Origin: the human T2T-CHM13v2.0 reference genome, Homo sapiens
Assembly: GCF_009914755.1 (NCBI RefSeq)
Contig: NC_060929.1
DNA: 64,000 nt
Direction: 5' to 3' (one strand)
The notes under the pieces were generated by a model. The model was not told where the DNA came from, did no database searches, and saw nothing but the letters and a program-made list of their open reading frames with translations. Made by a program: the position numbers and the translations under genes. How positions within the stretch are numbered: the stretch's first letter is position 1; every line of letters starts with the position of its first letter. Shown here in pieces: positions 41,276-59,612 of this stretch.

Positions 41276-42228
41276 TGTATTATTTTCCTGTGGCTGTTAT
41301 AAAAATTACAATACGCCTAGTAGTTTAAAACAACATAAATTTATTGTCTAGCAGTATTCCAGGTTAGAAGTTCAACACAGGTCTTACTGAGTTAAAATCA
41401 AAGCATTGGAAGACTGCATTCCTTCTATAGTCTCTGTGGAATAATCCATGACCTGGCCTTTCCCAGGCTTTAGAATCCAGCTGCATTCTTTGATGCATGT
41501 TCCCTGTCTTGGGCAGCTTGGAATACTGTAAGAAAATACCATAGACCAGGTGACTTAAACAACAGACATTTATTTCTCAGAGTTCTGAAAGTTGGGAAGT
41601 CCAAGATTAAGGTGCTGGTATATTTGGTTCATGGTGAGGGCCCACTCCCTCTCTGGTTAGTAGATGGCCACCTTCTCTCTGTGTTCACATGGCCTTTCCT
41701 GGATACATGTTTATGGAGAGAGAAAAAGAAGGGTGGTTGGGTGGGAGGTGGTCTAGTATCTCCACCTTTTCTTATAAGAACACTAACATTATCCTGAGAA
41801 CACCACACTTATGACATTATTTCAACCTAGGTTCCTCCCAAAAGCTCCATCTCCAGATACTATCACACTGCCAATTAATAGATTATTGAAAATAATCTAT
41901 TAATATTTGAACAATGCCAATCATCTTCAATAGATTAATTTTAGGGAGACACAAATATTCAGTTCATAACAGTTCCTTTCCTTCGCCTTCAAAGCTACAA
42001 ATGAAGGAGCAAGTCTTCACATTCTCCTTTTATATCTCCCTCTTCTACATGTAAAGAATCTTATGATTGCATTTGGCCATCTAAAAATCTATGATAGTCT
42101 CTCCATTTCAAAATCCTTAACTTTAATTGCATTTGCAAACTCTGTCCTGCCAGGTAAGCTAACAAATTTATAAATTATCTGGATTAGGACCCCATCATCT
42201 CTGAAGAGCCATTATTCTGACTACCACA
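41276..42228 (-). mobile_element. MLT1D/C-like LTR interrupted by an MLT1A0
   Basis: tgtattattttcctgtggctgtta...ctgcattctttg at left; resumes ccttcaaagc...gccattattctgactaccaca. Confidence 0.8.
41505..41971 (-). mobile_element. MLT1A0-like LTR nested in MLT1D
   Basis: aaaataccatagaccaggtgacttaaacaacagacatttatttctc...gggagacacaaatattcagttcataaca; gttcc on both flanks. Confidence 0.85.
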
Positions 42229-44048
42229 TCAATATGTTAGTTTATGTCAAGATTGCTGTAATAATCAATAGGTTCTGGTACCACAAATCCAGTAGCAGTC
42301 ATTAAGGTTGATTGAGTTTATTGATTGCTTTCAGCTCCATTCTGCTATTAATCACTTTTGGGGATATAAAATGAAGACCTTATCACATAGAGGAAGAGGT
42401 AGATGTGATAGGAGCTTGAATTTGTAATAAGAATTTTTTATGATATGTAAATGTGAGAAATGAATTAAGTATGTGCCATTTGTTCTCTTAAGACATTTCT
42501 TTCTAAAGGTTTAGTGACAGAAGTTGCATTCTATTAAAGATTCCTAAGTGCTGTTCTGCTGTAGGCATAAGCTTTCTTTCCTGGGTGCAGCATGTTAGGA
42601 TTTAAGATTTCTATTTATCTAATACTCTGCTGTTTGTCAGATAAAATAACAATAAATAGTGAGTCCAATTATTGATAAACCCAGATGTTTCATATTTAGG
42701 AATCGATGTTAAAAAAAAAAAACTAATTGGCATCCTAAGGAAAATGTGTGCAGCTTAGCACTGATTCAACTGCATGTTTAGCCAAATTGTGAACAAATTA
42801 CAGCCAGCTTCCGGACTCTTCTAGAGAGTGACTAAGGACAGCATAGAGGAATTAGGAATAGTAGCTTTATAGGTAAAGTAATTAAATGTAACCTTAAGCA
42901 TAAAAAGATAAAAAAAGTTAACTAGGAAAATGAAAACTCAAGATATACAGATTAAATATGACAAACAATGGATCTTTTTATGTGGATCTTGGTTTGCAGA
43001 TACCGATATCTCATATAGTGATTCACTTGATCCAAAGGCATTTGATGGAAGCTGTCTTCTCCCAAAGACTATTTGCTTTTGGAAGAATCCTAAGAGTCAT
43101 TAGTTAGAAGTTTTTGGTAGGGATACTTTCCTGTAATATGAAGATGACCTAAACCTCTTTACTTGAGAGATAGGAATCAAAGGATCAGTCTTTTAAAGAC
43201 TATGGGTTTGCTAGTTGTTAGCTGTGCCTGATACTGACTTTTTTCCTATGATCTTTCTCTGCCGTGTCTCTTAGAAGACAAGGTATCCAGGTATGAAAAC
43301 CAATTTTGCAGACATTGTTTAGGATACTAATGGGGAAAGTCTTCAGTAACTTTTGTTGAAAGAATGGATTTCCTGAGTCCTTACAGCATTTAGTTAAATA
43401 AGTGTAGATTTCTAGAATCAGAGCTAATATTCCTAGACACTTGGTTTAGCTGTTACTAACTCATGAACCACAGATGAACCACAGAAAGAAGAAATACCTT
43501 AGACCATGCAAGTTTGACCATCTCTGTGAACTTTACCAACTTTAGTTTCAGAATTCCATCTTCCTACCTTCCCAAAAGGTTGAAACTGATATGGACAGTG
43601 AAGTCTGATTAATTGACAAAACTTTGCCACGTTAGTTAATAAAAATTCCAGTAAAATGGTTTCCTTGTTACTAGAGATATAGTTTGGGATTCCCCAGGCT
43701 GAAAAAAAAAAAAGGATTTTCTCCATGCCAACAAGAGACAAATAATGATCAGAACATATTTAAAATCTATTGCCAGCACTTGTTATGAAAAATTCATTTA
43801 GATTTTTACTGAGACATTTTACAGTTTTGCTAGGATTAATCTGACGAAGGTTGAGACAAGTTATAAGGGTATAGTTATATAAAGATATACTTACCAATTT
43901 TAACAAAATTTTCCCCCAGCTATTGGTTAAATACATTGGTCAATTTGTCCTCATTGTGCCAGAAAAGCTCAGCAGTTCTGACTAAAGTTTATGTTAATCC
44001 ATTGCCAGTAGAATGAAAGAGTTGAATCCTCTCTTAAATTATAATATA

Positions 44049-45080
44049 TAGTTGACTCCTCAACAACACAGGTTTGAACTATGCAGGTCTGCTCATATGT
44101 AGATTTTTTCCTATAAATATATTAGAAAATTTTTGGAGATTTATGAAAAATTGAAAAAGATAACAGGTGACCCATCTACACAAGAAATATTAAAAAACTA
44201 AGAAAATGTTGTCATGAATGCATAGATTATATGTAGATACTAGCGATCATTTAATACAATGAAATATATATGCATCTATTATAAAAAGTTAAAATTTATC
44301 AAGACGTAGGCACACACAGAGCATACATGCAGCCAATTGAAGTTGAGAGAAAAGTAAAACAAAAATATACATAAGTAAATCATAACTGCACAAAATTAAC
44401 TGTAGTACATACTGTACTACTGGGATAATTTCCTAGCCTCCACCTGTTGTTCTTGCAGTGAACTCAGGTGTTGTGAGTATTCACTTAAAATGCCACATAA
44501 TGCTAATCATCATCTTGTGAGTAGCTTGTCTCTCCAGTAAATTAACACAGTAAAAAGTGATCTCTCATGTTTCTCCTGTATTATTCATGATGTCTAGTGC
44601 AATACCATAAACCTTGAATAACACCTTCAGACCTGTAAAAAGTGCTGCTAGTGATGCTGAAAGTTCTTCCAGGAAACAGAGAAGGGTCCTGACATTACAG
44701 GAAAAAAATGAATTGCTTGATAGGTACCCTAGATTGAGGTCTGCAGCTGTGTGTGCCGCCATTTCAGAAGAAGGCTCCATCTTGTAAACACAGGATTGTA
44801 AACTTATGAGAGAAATAAATATACTGTAGTACTGTAAATGTATTTTTTCTTCCTTATAATTTTCTTAATAACTCTTTTCTGTAACTAGCTTCATTGTAAA
44901 ACTACAGTGTAAAATACAGCATATGAAATATGTGTTAAGGATTTTCCAGTCAACAGTAGGCTCTTAGTTTAGTTTTGGGGAGTCCAAAGTTATATGTGAA
45001 TTTTTGACTGTGCTGGGGTGGTGGGGAGGGGTTAGGGAGGTTTGATGCCCCTAAACCTTGTGTTGTTCAGGAGTCAACTG
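44049..45080. mobile_element. Tigger2b-like DNA transposon deletion derivative
   Basis: TIRs tagttgactcctcaacaacac / gtgttgttcaggagtcaactg with TA on both sides; about 1.03 kb. Confidence 0.9.
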
Positions 45081-45869
45081 TACAATTGAGAAGAATATGA
45101 TTTAGAATTTCCCTGAGATTAAGAACATATTAAATCCTGGGAAGGATATTCATAGACCTCTAGATCTAGTGACACTATCAACTTTGACTGTGTCTGTTTG
45201 ATGAAGGAATTAAAATCTAGTAACAAAAGCATTTTGTAGATAGTTATTGTACCGGTCTTTGTTCTTGAACATCAGTGTGTTTTTTTGAACTGAAAATCAC
45301 ACATTGAATGAAAGGCTTCATCTCAATATATTTTATTTACACATAAATTTGAGCTGTTTTTTGTTCACAAGTTTGGCCGATAAAAGAGCCCTCACAATAG
45401 CTTTAATTACCATTTAAAATAACAAGTTAATGGGATTTTTAAATTTTTCTCTCTTTCATAGGGTGAAGGAGCAATGCTTTTGGTTACTCAGTATTCTCTC
45501 AAGAAAATTTAAAGATAGTTTATACACAGAAGATATTTTAACAGGTTATATTCTGAACTTGGGGCCCGGATTTGGAAAAAGCAATATCAAGTATGGTTCA
45601 AGGGGACAAGAAAGAGAGAAGCATTTGTTACCATTTTTCAAAGTAAAAAATATTTAATCAGATAATATTTTAAAACCCAGCAATAATTAGTAATGATTGG
45701 TATAATGTTTTTGTCAAAATTATTATATAGGAGATAAAATTAAGAGCTTTATTTTTTTGCATTCAAATAAAATTTTAAATATTTTGATGAGCATATTAAA
45801 TCAACAATGCATGTATTACATTGAACCTGACTTCTTAATAAGTTGCAACCAAATCTTTAATGATAAGTT

Positions 45870-46170
45870 TAGGTCAGAGAGATAATTTTGAGATTTGTCA
45901 CCATAAAGATAGGGTATGATGTGATGTAAATAATTAAGATCAGGTGGAAAGACAAATAAGATTGAAGGAAGACCCAAGACCAAGGTTTGGGGCACTCTCA
46001 GAATTTCTAAAAAAAAAATTTAGACTATGAGTAAAGAAGGATTGATCAGCAAGGTGAAATGGATCAAGGAAATGTGGGCACTCAGAGGTACACAGGGGTT
46101 AATTGCTGCCCAGAATATACTCAGACGAATGCTGAACAATAAATTAGATAGAACAGATGTCCTAGAAATC
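45870..46170 (-). mobile_element. L2 fragment
   Basis: agagataattttgagatttgtcaccataaagat...ccaagaccaaggtttggggcactc. Confidence 0.5.
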
Positions 46171-46487
46171 ATGAAGATAAGTCACTTTATTAAAATACAT
46201 ATTATAAACAAAGAAGGAATTTACTGTTCGAAAAGTTGTCTTGAAGAATTGTTTTGGGAGAAAATAAAAAATAAACCTTATTTTCTAAAATACACTAAAA
46301 CTGATTCCAAATGAATCAAAGGATTGTGTACAGATATTTTAAATTAATAAAACAATGTTAGTGCAGATTCTCTTTAATTACTTCCTTGATTGTTTTACCT
46401 ATAGTAAATCATTTAATTCTACTAGCAATTTTTTCATGTTGGATACAGCTATTCAACTTTTCTTTTGTTATTGCAACAGCCTCCTAA

Positions 46488-48611
<2,124 letters not shown>

Positions 48612-50539
48612 GAAATGTTCATTTTTAATTATAGCACTACACCATGCACTGAATCACTGAGGGTAAAAATGCACACTGTTAATAAGAAGGAGGGAGTCAA
48701 TCTCATTAGTATTATAATATTTATACAGAATGAGACTCCATTCCCCAAATTCACAGAATTAAAATAATAAAAATAAAAATTTATTGCTAGCCAATTTGCA
48801 GCAAAAAAGATTCATTCTCATATTGTGCTATGAGAAAATAAATGAAATTAAATTTTAAAAGACATTTTTGGAAAGCCCTTTGAATTAACCAGAATATGGT
48901 TAAATTCGTAGTTTTTTTGACTAACATTCTTCTTCCAGGTTAACAAAATTTATATATAAATGAAACTCATTGCATATACTTTTAAGGGGTAAAATAATTA
49001 CTAAATTAATGTACACTATGAATACTTCATTTTATAAAATTGCATATATACCCATATGCAAATGTGCACAGAATCAATAGGGTAACCATAGACATAAAAT
49101 GATCAGTGCAGGATATTTTATTTTATTTATGCATTTTATATATAATATACTTTTCATTTAATATTTTTGCTAATTTTATTGAATTGAATATTTATGCCTT
49201 GGTTATAGAACAACTAAATTTATTTTCAAAGAAACTCCATTATTATTGTCTGCAAGAGTAAAACTTATAAACAGTCTAAAAATTCAACCAAATACAACCA
49301 TTTACAATTGTGCCCTAGTTGAATATGTAATCATAGGAGAAAACACAGGTGTTGAATTTTTAGAATTTCATTTAAAAAATAATTGACACAATCCCTAAGG
49401 TATCATATAAATTAATTGAATTGTTACTGTCTTGGGTTAACATTTATTTCTAGAGTTTTTTTTCCCCTAGTATCTGATTTTTTCCATTAACATTACTTAT
49501 TTGGATAATCAGAAAAAAATCAACATTGCCAAAAGATAGATAATACCACAAGCGAAATATCTATAATAATGATAAGAAAATGCTTTGATTCAGGCTGAAT
49601 GAGAATTAGTCTAGGAAAACAGCTTGGACCCTCTCATTCCTGTTAATGTCATCTCTGTGTTTAGCACTGCTGCTATTCCTCAGCCCCTAAGAAATGCTCT
49701 ATTGCTGGGCATGGCATATTGGAAGCCAAGAAAAATGACTGGCTGCTTGGTGACAGCTCTCTAGTCCTCATGCCAAGTTCTGCCAGTGATTTAAATATTA
49801 AGTAATGGAAAGAATTTTGAAATCCAGGATGATTAGAAAAGTCATTTTCTACAAAACTGAAGCATTGTCTTTAGAGACTAAAATCTATGAAAATAACATT
49901 ATTGAAATACTAGACTTGAGACTATTTTTCTGAATTATTGTAACTGTTGAAATAGGTCTTTCAGCCCATTAAGATAAACACCACACTTTTCTCTTCATGA
50001 TCTTCAGCTGTAATTTTATAGTGAAAGGTACTTGCATAAAAGAGTTCACACTATCTGAAAGATGTCACATGTAACATTGACTGGCAGCCATTTCAGAATG
50101 GCAGACAGCCAATAAATCATTCAGAACTATGTGTCACTCGTTGTGGCTTTAAAATTGTATTCCTTCTCCTTTGATAAAGAACATTTCAATGTCAAATAGT
50201 TTGTTCTATTTAAACTTATACATCAACCAGAATATTGAGATACACAATAAAATTAAATTATTTGGTAATACCTTTAGAATTTATCTAAAAACAGCCGTAT
50301 GTATTTGCATGACAGTTTTGGTTCACAAACCAATCAAGTTGTTAGTATCAAAGGCATGTTTTAGTGCTGATTTATGTATAGATAAATTTAGGAAATTACA
50401 TAAATAGAAATACTTCTTTATAAAATTCCTTGACCTTGTGATATCTTGGTATTAAGAATCTTAAAGGAATCATTTAAAAAAATTCAAAAGCAAACAATTT
50501 CTATTTTACAAGAGCTAGGAAAGAAACATTTTGCGATGG

Positions 50540-50800
50540 ACACAGATCGCTCTTCAAGAAAAGATTTCTTTCCCCCTTGGCTGCTAGGAGCGATATTACA
50601 AAGCAGCCTTCAGCTCTCAGCTCCTTCAAAGTTTGCCTCAGCTGTAACCATTGTCTGGCTCAATGTTAGGTCATCCTGGAGCACCAGACATGCAAACATG
50701 AATGGAGATGAGGTATAAAGCCCGGCCATTTTGACCCATCTGGGAGGATTCTGACAGGTCCTTCCAGTGCCTGAGAAACCCAGGGCTCACATGCTTTATA
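50540..50800 (+). mobile_element. LTR16A-like ERVL LTR fragment
   Basis: gctgctaggagc...gcagccttcagctctcagctccttc...ttgcctcagctg...ggtataaagcccggccattttgaccca. Confidence 0.7.
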
Positions 50801-51084
50801 TTCTGATCATTCTGCAGGGGTTGTTCCCGTGGGTGATACTTAATGAAGCTGCCAAATATAAAGAGGCAGCCATGTAAATTTTTAGGAATTATTTCCAAAA
50901 CTCTCATAACAACATCATATATATTTATTGGTTGTTTAAGTAGATTTCTGAGGAGTAGATAGCAACGATAGAAGTGAAAGAAAGTAAATGCAGTTGTTAA
51001 AGGATTAGTCTTCCCATACTTAGAAAGTACACAAGTTGCATATACACTATGTTCCTTCCTTAGGGCAAATATTTCAATGCAGTC

Positions 51085-51136
51085 GTGTGTGTGTGTGTAT
51101 GCTTGTGTGTGTGTGTGGTGTGTGTGTGTGTGTGTA
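51085..51136. repeat. Interrupted (TG)n microsatellite
   Basis: Three tg runs. Confidence 0.92.
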
Positions 51137-51675
51137 TGCTAACTGAACTCATTGTAGATTTTATTGGATCAGATGTATGAAGAGACTTGGAAGACTTGGG
51201 TTTGTCTGGAACTGGGTGAAATAGAGAAGGATGATCATTGACATAGAAAGCTCATTACTTTGACCTTTGATTATAAATAGCCTTACAATAAAATAGCATC
51301 TCCACTGTCTAAAACACATTTTTACATTTGCTCTCCTTCTGAAATTATTTATGTGAAATTAACAAATCTACTTATTACCTTAGAAACAAACGATCCCTAA
51401 TTTATATTATTTATTGTATATTTGTAGATCCACTTAAAATTGATTTGCAATATAAGGAAAAAATGCATTTTATAAGTTGTTTGCTTTGTGTAGTGGATCT
51501 TGTTAAAGTAGGACTATTGTTGCATTGAAACAAAATAGAATTAATCTGTTCAGGTAAATAGAACTGGAAGTGAGATTTGTTGTCACTCCTTCTCCTTCAA
51601 GTACTGACTAGTCTTTTAATTCACACATAACTGACACTCTGTGCAATAATATTTTTTTGTTCTCTGTCTTTTCAA

Positions 51676-51822
51676 ATAGAACTCAAGCTCCATGAGGAGA
51701 TGTTTCATTGTCAGTGAGCACATTCTTGTCAATTAGTTCCTTCTTGTTTATTAGTATAGCCCCTGTGTCTAGAACCTTTCCAGGTATTCAGTAGCCATTT
51801 AAAAATTATTTGTTGAATGAAT
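51676..51822 (+). mobile_element. L2 3' terminus
   Basis: aagctccatgagg...cccctgtgtctagaac...tatttgttgaatgaat. Confidence 0.7.
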
Positions 51823-54176
51823 TGTTATTTTAAAGAGCATCCACAAGTTTTGCCTGACTGGGCATGGGAATACATGCCCATCTTTGGACTGAATGTCCAT
51901 TTTTCCCTTCTTTTATCAAAATATTGGTTAAATGATCAGGACCACTGTTAGAAGGAATTTTATATCTAAAAATAGTTTACCTTCTATGGATGTAAAAAAT
52001 AGTTGTAGTAGTGCTGGCCTTTATATTATTCGATGTTTCAAAGCGGTTTTTTTTTCCATCACAATATTCTACGTTCTTGAAAAGTACTCGTTCATGTGAC
52101 TGCTATCATTTATGCTTGTGCAGCACGTACATACAGGAGAGAAGATAAGGAAAATGCTTACCCTGTGTCTCCTTCCCTGTAACACAGTTTTTTTTACCAT
52201 ATTGATTCTCCACTTTCTACTCCCTAAGTAAAATTTTGCAACAGGCATTTGGGAAACTCTGGATATAAGAAAAAAATTTTAATATTGTACAAAGAGACAG
52301 GAGGTGACTTCTTTTTTATTTTTCATTTAGAGTTTATAGTTTAATTAAAGAAAATGCACATATATCTAAAGATAATCATGGATAATACACTCATATAATT
52401 ACTACTTTCAGTGGTTATAACAACAGCCAAAGCACAAACAGAAATGAGAAAGGATTATCAGCATTATGCAAATACATATCCTCTTTAAGAATTCCTGTTA
52501 TAGTGAAAGCATTAAAATAATTGAACACGTACAGAGACCATATATTTTGTGATCTTTTTAAAAAAGTATTCAAAATATATTTCTGTGTGCAAAACGTTTT
52601 CATAATGATCTTGTTTAAATGAAAGTATTTAGAATAGCACATTGTAAAATTATGCTGCAGAGCACAAGTATTTTTCTCTTTAGAAGACACATAATAAAAT
52701 AGAATCATCAGTGTTTTTTCATAAACATGAATCTTTAGAGTGTTACTTGATCCTGCATAATAAGGGTACTTTTTTGCTTAATGTAAGCATAGTATACTAA
52801 TTCTTTTAAAATTCAGAAAGCATATTTACAGTCTAGGCATATGGGACATGAAGGTCACACAGCATGAGCAGTGTTTTGACAGGGAGGTGGAAAGCAGGAG
52901 TATAACTACATTCAAGTGTCTGCTCTGTTGCTGTATGAGAAAATCTGTGCTGTAGCACATCAAAGTTTTTCCAAATTGTGTTTCTTAGGACATCTTTGGG
53001 GTTTATATAAGTATTTAATAGAGCTCCCCTAGCCCAGGCTTACACAGGACATATGTCTAGTGTCATATGTATGTATGCTTAAATTTTAGCAGAAAGTTTG
53101 CTAAAATTTAAGTGAAGTAATGTTGAAGGTTGAATCATTTGAAACAAACTACCTGCACCAAAATATTCTTTACGGTACTGATTTCTATCCCACCCCTAAT
53201 GAGGCTGAATTTTAATCTTAACTCTGCTTGTAATTAGGTATTTATATGTGTCTATTACTCATTTTTTAACAAGATGTCTCTTCAGAGATAAAATGAGGGT
53301 AGCAAAAAATAATTTTAATAGACATTTATATGGCTTTGATAACAATTGTCTGTTCTACTTATTTGACTGATTCTAAACTCTAAAGGTTATTTTACAGTTA
53401 GTAAATTACATAATTTTTATGCAACAATTTGCCTGCCAGGATTCCTGTAATACTTGTCTGCTATCAGTAGGTATAAGCCTGTTAGCCTCTAATGTGAAGA
53501 TAATATCTCTTTAAGTTATAATGCATTTACAATTGTTACAGTTTCTAAGGTCTTTTTAAGTTAGAGATGCATCTGAGGATGATGGTTTTCAAGGAGATAG
53601 TTCTTTGACAAAAAGTGACAATATGGGACTTAGTGTGATATTAATTTACACATTATGTTTTTGCTATAAAGAGATAAAAGATGTGCTATACTACCTATAA
53701 ATTACTGTATGCCACATTTTGTAGAATTGTTTTCCATATTATTGTAGAATGTGGCACTTAAATAGCATCATGAAAAAAGTTTATTCAAGAAATAATAAGA
53801 CATTAATGAAATATAATTAATATATAAAGACTATATTTAAAAATAATTATGTATTTCTAATCCTAAACTTTTTAAGGTGACATTATTTTTTTCTGTGATA
53901 TAATTTCAGTTTAGAAGAACTTTAAGTTTTAATAAGATTTTAAGATGATTCAGTAATGTTAACATACTTTTTTTCTGTAAATTTTGTTAACAATTTAGCT
54001 GCATTAATTAAATATTTATATAGCTAATTTTAATACTGATATTTTAATACAATTCTTAATTTTACTCCTGGCTTTCAATCATTCATATATGTTTTTAAAA
54101 ATTGCTTTTTCCGTTGCTTTACTTCTTAATTACTTTTATAAAAGTCTTAATTGTATGTGGTTGATTTTAAAAGTTA

Positions 54177-54553
<377 letters not shown>

Positions 54554-54861
54554 TTAATAGGTTTTGCACATTTAAACCAAAGTCACACATATGGTTTGAT
54601 TCTAATTAATTCTAATGCATCTTGCAGGTTACAAACTGTATTCTATTATGTAGTTATCTGCTGATCCACTCTGTATCCTGTTGTGCAAGTTGCGATGATT
54701 AACCTCTGCCTTTATGATGTAATCCAAATGTAGCATATAGACCTCAATGATAAGATTGATCATGGTTCATTTAATCATTAATTTATTATTAATCTCTTTT
54801 ATCCTGGTACTTAGAGTGCAGATTTTTCTCAACAAATATTTACGCAATCATTAAATAAAAT

Positions 54862-55058
54862 ATAGCCTTGTGTCACTTAGCAATGAGGATATGTTCTGAG
54901 AAGTGTGTGGTTAGGTGACTTTGTTACTGTGCAAACTTCATAGAGTGATCAATCTATAAGGGTGGTAGAAATTTTTCAACCTCATTATAATCTTAATGAG
55001 CCATTGTTTTACATGCTGTCTCTTATTGATGTAAACGTTGTTATGTGGCACATGATTA
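54862..55058 (+). mobile_element. Tigger3a (Golem) relic with internal deletion
   Basis: gatatgttctgagaagtgtgtggttaggtgac...catagagtg / aatttttcaacctcattataatctta...aaacgttgttatgtggcacatga. Confidence 0.8.
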
Positions 55059-55230
55059 TATAAAAGATATTAATCCATTCATTATTTATGCATTCATCCA
55101 TTTGACCTATGGTAGTGTTCTATTGAAAATGAGTCATCGTGATATAGAAATCCATTCTTAGTTGTTTTTACTTTCTCTTTTTCATGGGGAAGAGTGGGTA
55201 TTGATTTTAAAAGTCTAAAGAATGGGTTAT

Positions 55231-56814
<1,584 letters not shown>

Positions 56815-58781
56815 AAAGAATGGGGTATACACACAATCAATTATCAAGCAGTGGCGCCTTGTACAAAATAATAAACTCATCTAAGATCCTAGCAGTTCAT
56901 TCAGAAAATAAACCTGGAAATATATCTTGTATATGTAAAATGTGATTGTAAAAATTAATGAAACTAAGCAATGGGAATATGAGTAGTAAATTATTTGAGA
57001 AAATATTATAATATTTACTTTTTTAAATTTCAAAACTTTATATTTCCTTCTTTAAAACTGAAAATTTTTGTGTACATATATGAAACTAATTGTGTCATTT
57101 TTCATTTTGTTACAATATAGAGTGATGTTTCAAAACACAAACATAATAGGTAGAGTCAATTACTTAGGGGAGGTTAAACCTGGAGGTAACATTAGAAATA
57201 GAAATAATAAAATGTAGTGTTTTTGGATTTGTCTGTTAAGATTATTTTAATCCAAATCATATTTAATGGTTTACATAGTTGTATATCAAATTTGGTTTCA
57301 CAAATATGTAGTAAATTTAAAAATGTAAAACATGTATATTGTTATACATTCTATAACCTATGAATCCATATAACTTGGGCAAGAAAATTATATAATTAAA
57401 AATAAAACCTTTCTGTTCTGAATTATGTTTTAGGGACAGCTATATAGTTCACACTCACAAAGGAATCATAAAAACTCTGTGTATAATCTTGGAAGTAAAA
57501 ATATCTGTTGTATCATATTTATGAAGTATACAATTGATTAAAAATGATAATATCTGTCTTCTATCCAATGGCAATAACAGAAGATAATGGCATATAAGTA
57601 GGCCTGTCTCCTTTTTTTTGGCATTGATTTATATATCTTTACTAGCTTTGTTGTTTTAACTCCAATAAAAGATTATTTAGTAAGCCAAAGCAAAAAAAAA
57701 AGAAAATCCTGTGAGCAGCCACAAACTGAAAGACTACGATTTTTAGTCAATGTCCTAAGTAACACAGTAATTTTAGGTTAACCAATGTGTCAAAGAGAAT
57801 GAGGAAAAATTATTACAAAAATGAATAAATAAATAAACTGGTCTAGGTCAAACCGTACTCCTTCTAAAGAGAGTAGTCAACTGATATTAAAGCCTATGAC
57901 ATAGAATGTGCCATATTGAGTATGCAATATCAAAATATTTCTTCTTTTTCTTTCTCCAGCTACTGCAGACCCTAATTATTTCCTTATCTGATCACTTTAA
58001 AGTCATTCAACAAATCATAATTATGCCATTGTTAACATCAGAAACTGAAAACCTACTGTCAAAAGTGAGCTAAGATATCACTATTTGGATTTATTTATAA
58101 ATTTAATTTATTTTACAAAAAGATCGACTTTCAATTTGAGAATAACATAAAAAATCAATTCATTCCTCTGTGCATCAATATTGTATCATTGGTAGTTTAA
58201 ACTTTTCATCTAATATTAGATTGCATGCAGGATTTTATATCTAATTACTCTGGCAGATGTCCTTTAGAAAATTCAAAAATAAAATGCAGCAATTCATATT
58301 GGCAGATTTACTATTGAGACCAATGCTTTCTTAACTAAAAGGTTTTGTTTAAAATCCTTAGTTTAGCAAAACTGATAAAGATTTTTGAATATCAGAGCAT
58401 TTAAAAGAGATTCTTACTTTAAATCTGGCATATTTCTTGTATTACATGTTATAATTTCATTGAACATGGCTATCTGTAAAACTATATATATGATCCAGAA
58501 GATACTCAAACTAAATTAAGTTTTAACAGCCATCAATTTATTTTAAAATGACACAGGCATGAAAAATGATCTATCAAGGTTTGTAAATCTTATTCTGTTA
58601 GCTATTGCTAGAGATAGTCTAAAGATATTCTACTTGGAATTTGAGATTAAGACAAAGATTTTCTATCAGTAATAATATTCAGATTATTTTTATTTTAATG
58701 TATAAATTTAAAATTCTTAGAATATTTTCAACAATATTTTCCATTTCTAAATTTATTTCTAAACAAATGTAATTACTTTAT

Positions 58782-58897
58782 TAACTTTTATTTTCAGTTC
58801 AGGGGTATATGTGCAGGTTTGTTATATAGGTAAACCTATAGGCAAATAGGCATACAGATTATTTTGTCACCCAGGCATTAAGCGTATGCGCGTTAGT
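58782..58897 (-). mobile_element. Very short L1PA11-13-like 3' end
   Basis: taacttttattttcagttcaggggtatatgtgcaggtttgttatataggtaaac...tacagattattttgtcacccagg; degenerate flanking duplication aaatgt(a/t)att(a/g)cttta. Confidence 0.8.
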
Positions 58898-59084
58898 GAA
58901 AAATGTTATTGCTTTAAATATCCAAATTATTCAGCTGCATTTGATCTCATTCTTTAGTCCAATGTAAGTAAGAGTAAAACAATGACATTTAAGGCCACCA
59001 GGCTATTCTCATTTTCGGAAAAATGCTGGATTACATTACCAGCATATTAAATGAGAATACCAAGGTATAGTATCTCCCTAGAAA

Positions 59085-59297
59085 TTGTCTCACCTTCAAT
59101 ACTATTGACACTTTTGGACCTGATAATTTTGTTGTGGGCTCTAGCCTCGTATTACAGGAGGTTTACCAGTTTTCCTGCCCTAAACTTACCGGGTGTGAAT
59201 AGCACACTCCACTACCTACAGCAGTAAAAACTAAAATTGTCTCTAAACATTGACAAATGGTCCCTGGTAGTGAAAATCACCCCTGGTTGAGACCGTG
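59085..59297 (-). mobile_element. MER20
   Basis: tactattgacacttttggacctgataatt...gtctctaaacattgacaaatggtccctgg...aaaatcacccctggttgaga. Confidence 0.8.
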
Positions 59298-59612
59298 TTG
59301 TTGAAAATAAAACAAAAACTTTCACATCAATAAATATGTTAGGCCGTGTATATTAAGGATTAACATTAAGACAATATGGAGCAAGCACTACATGAAAGCA
59401 GTGACGATTGGAATTAGTGGCACATTATCCTAATAGTTAATATAGTGACTTTAATATCTAAATATCATCATATAGAGTTTTTCTTGGATTTTTTCATTAG
59501 CATAACTTAGGATATTGTGTATGTTACACTGTATATACTGTTATTTTGAGAGACAATTTTGGGAGATTTTGCCAAGGTATTTTCAATTATAGGTCTTTAA
59601 TACATTCTAAGC

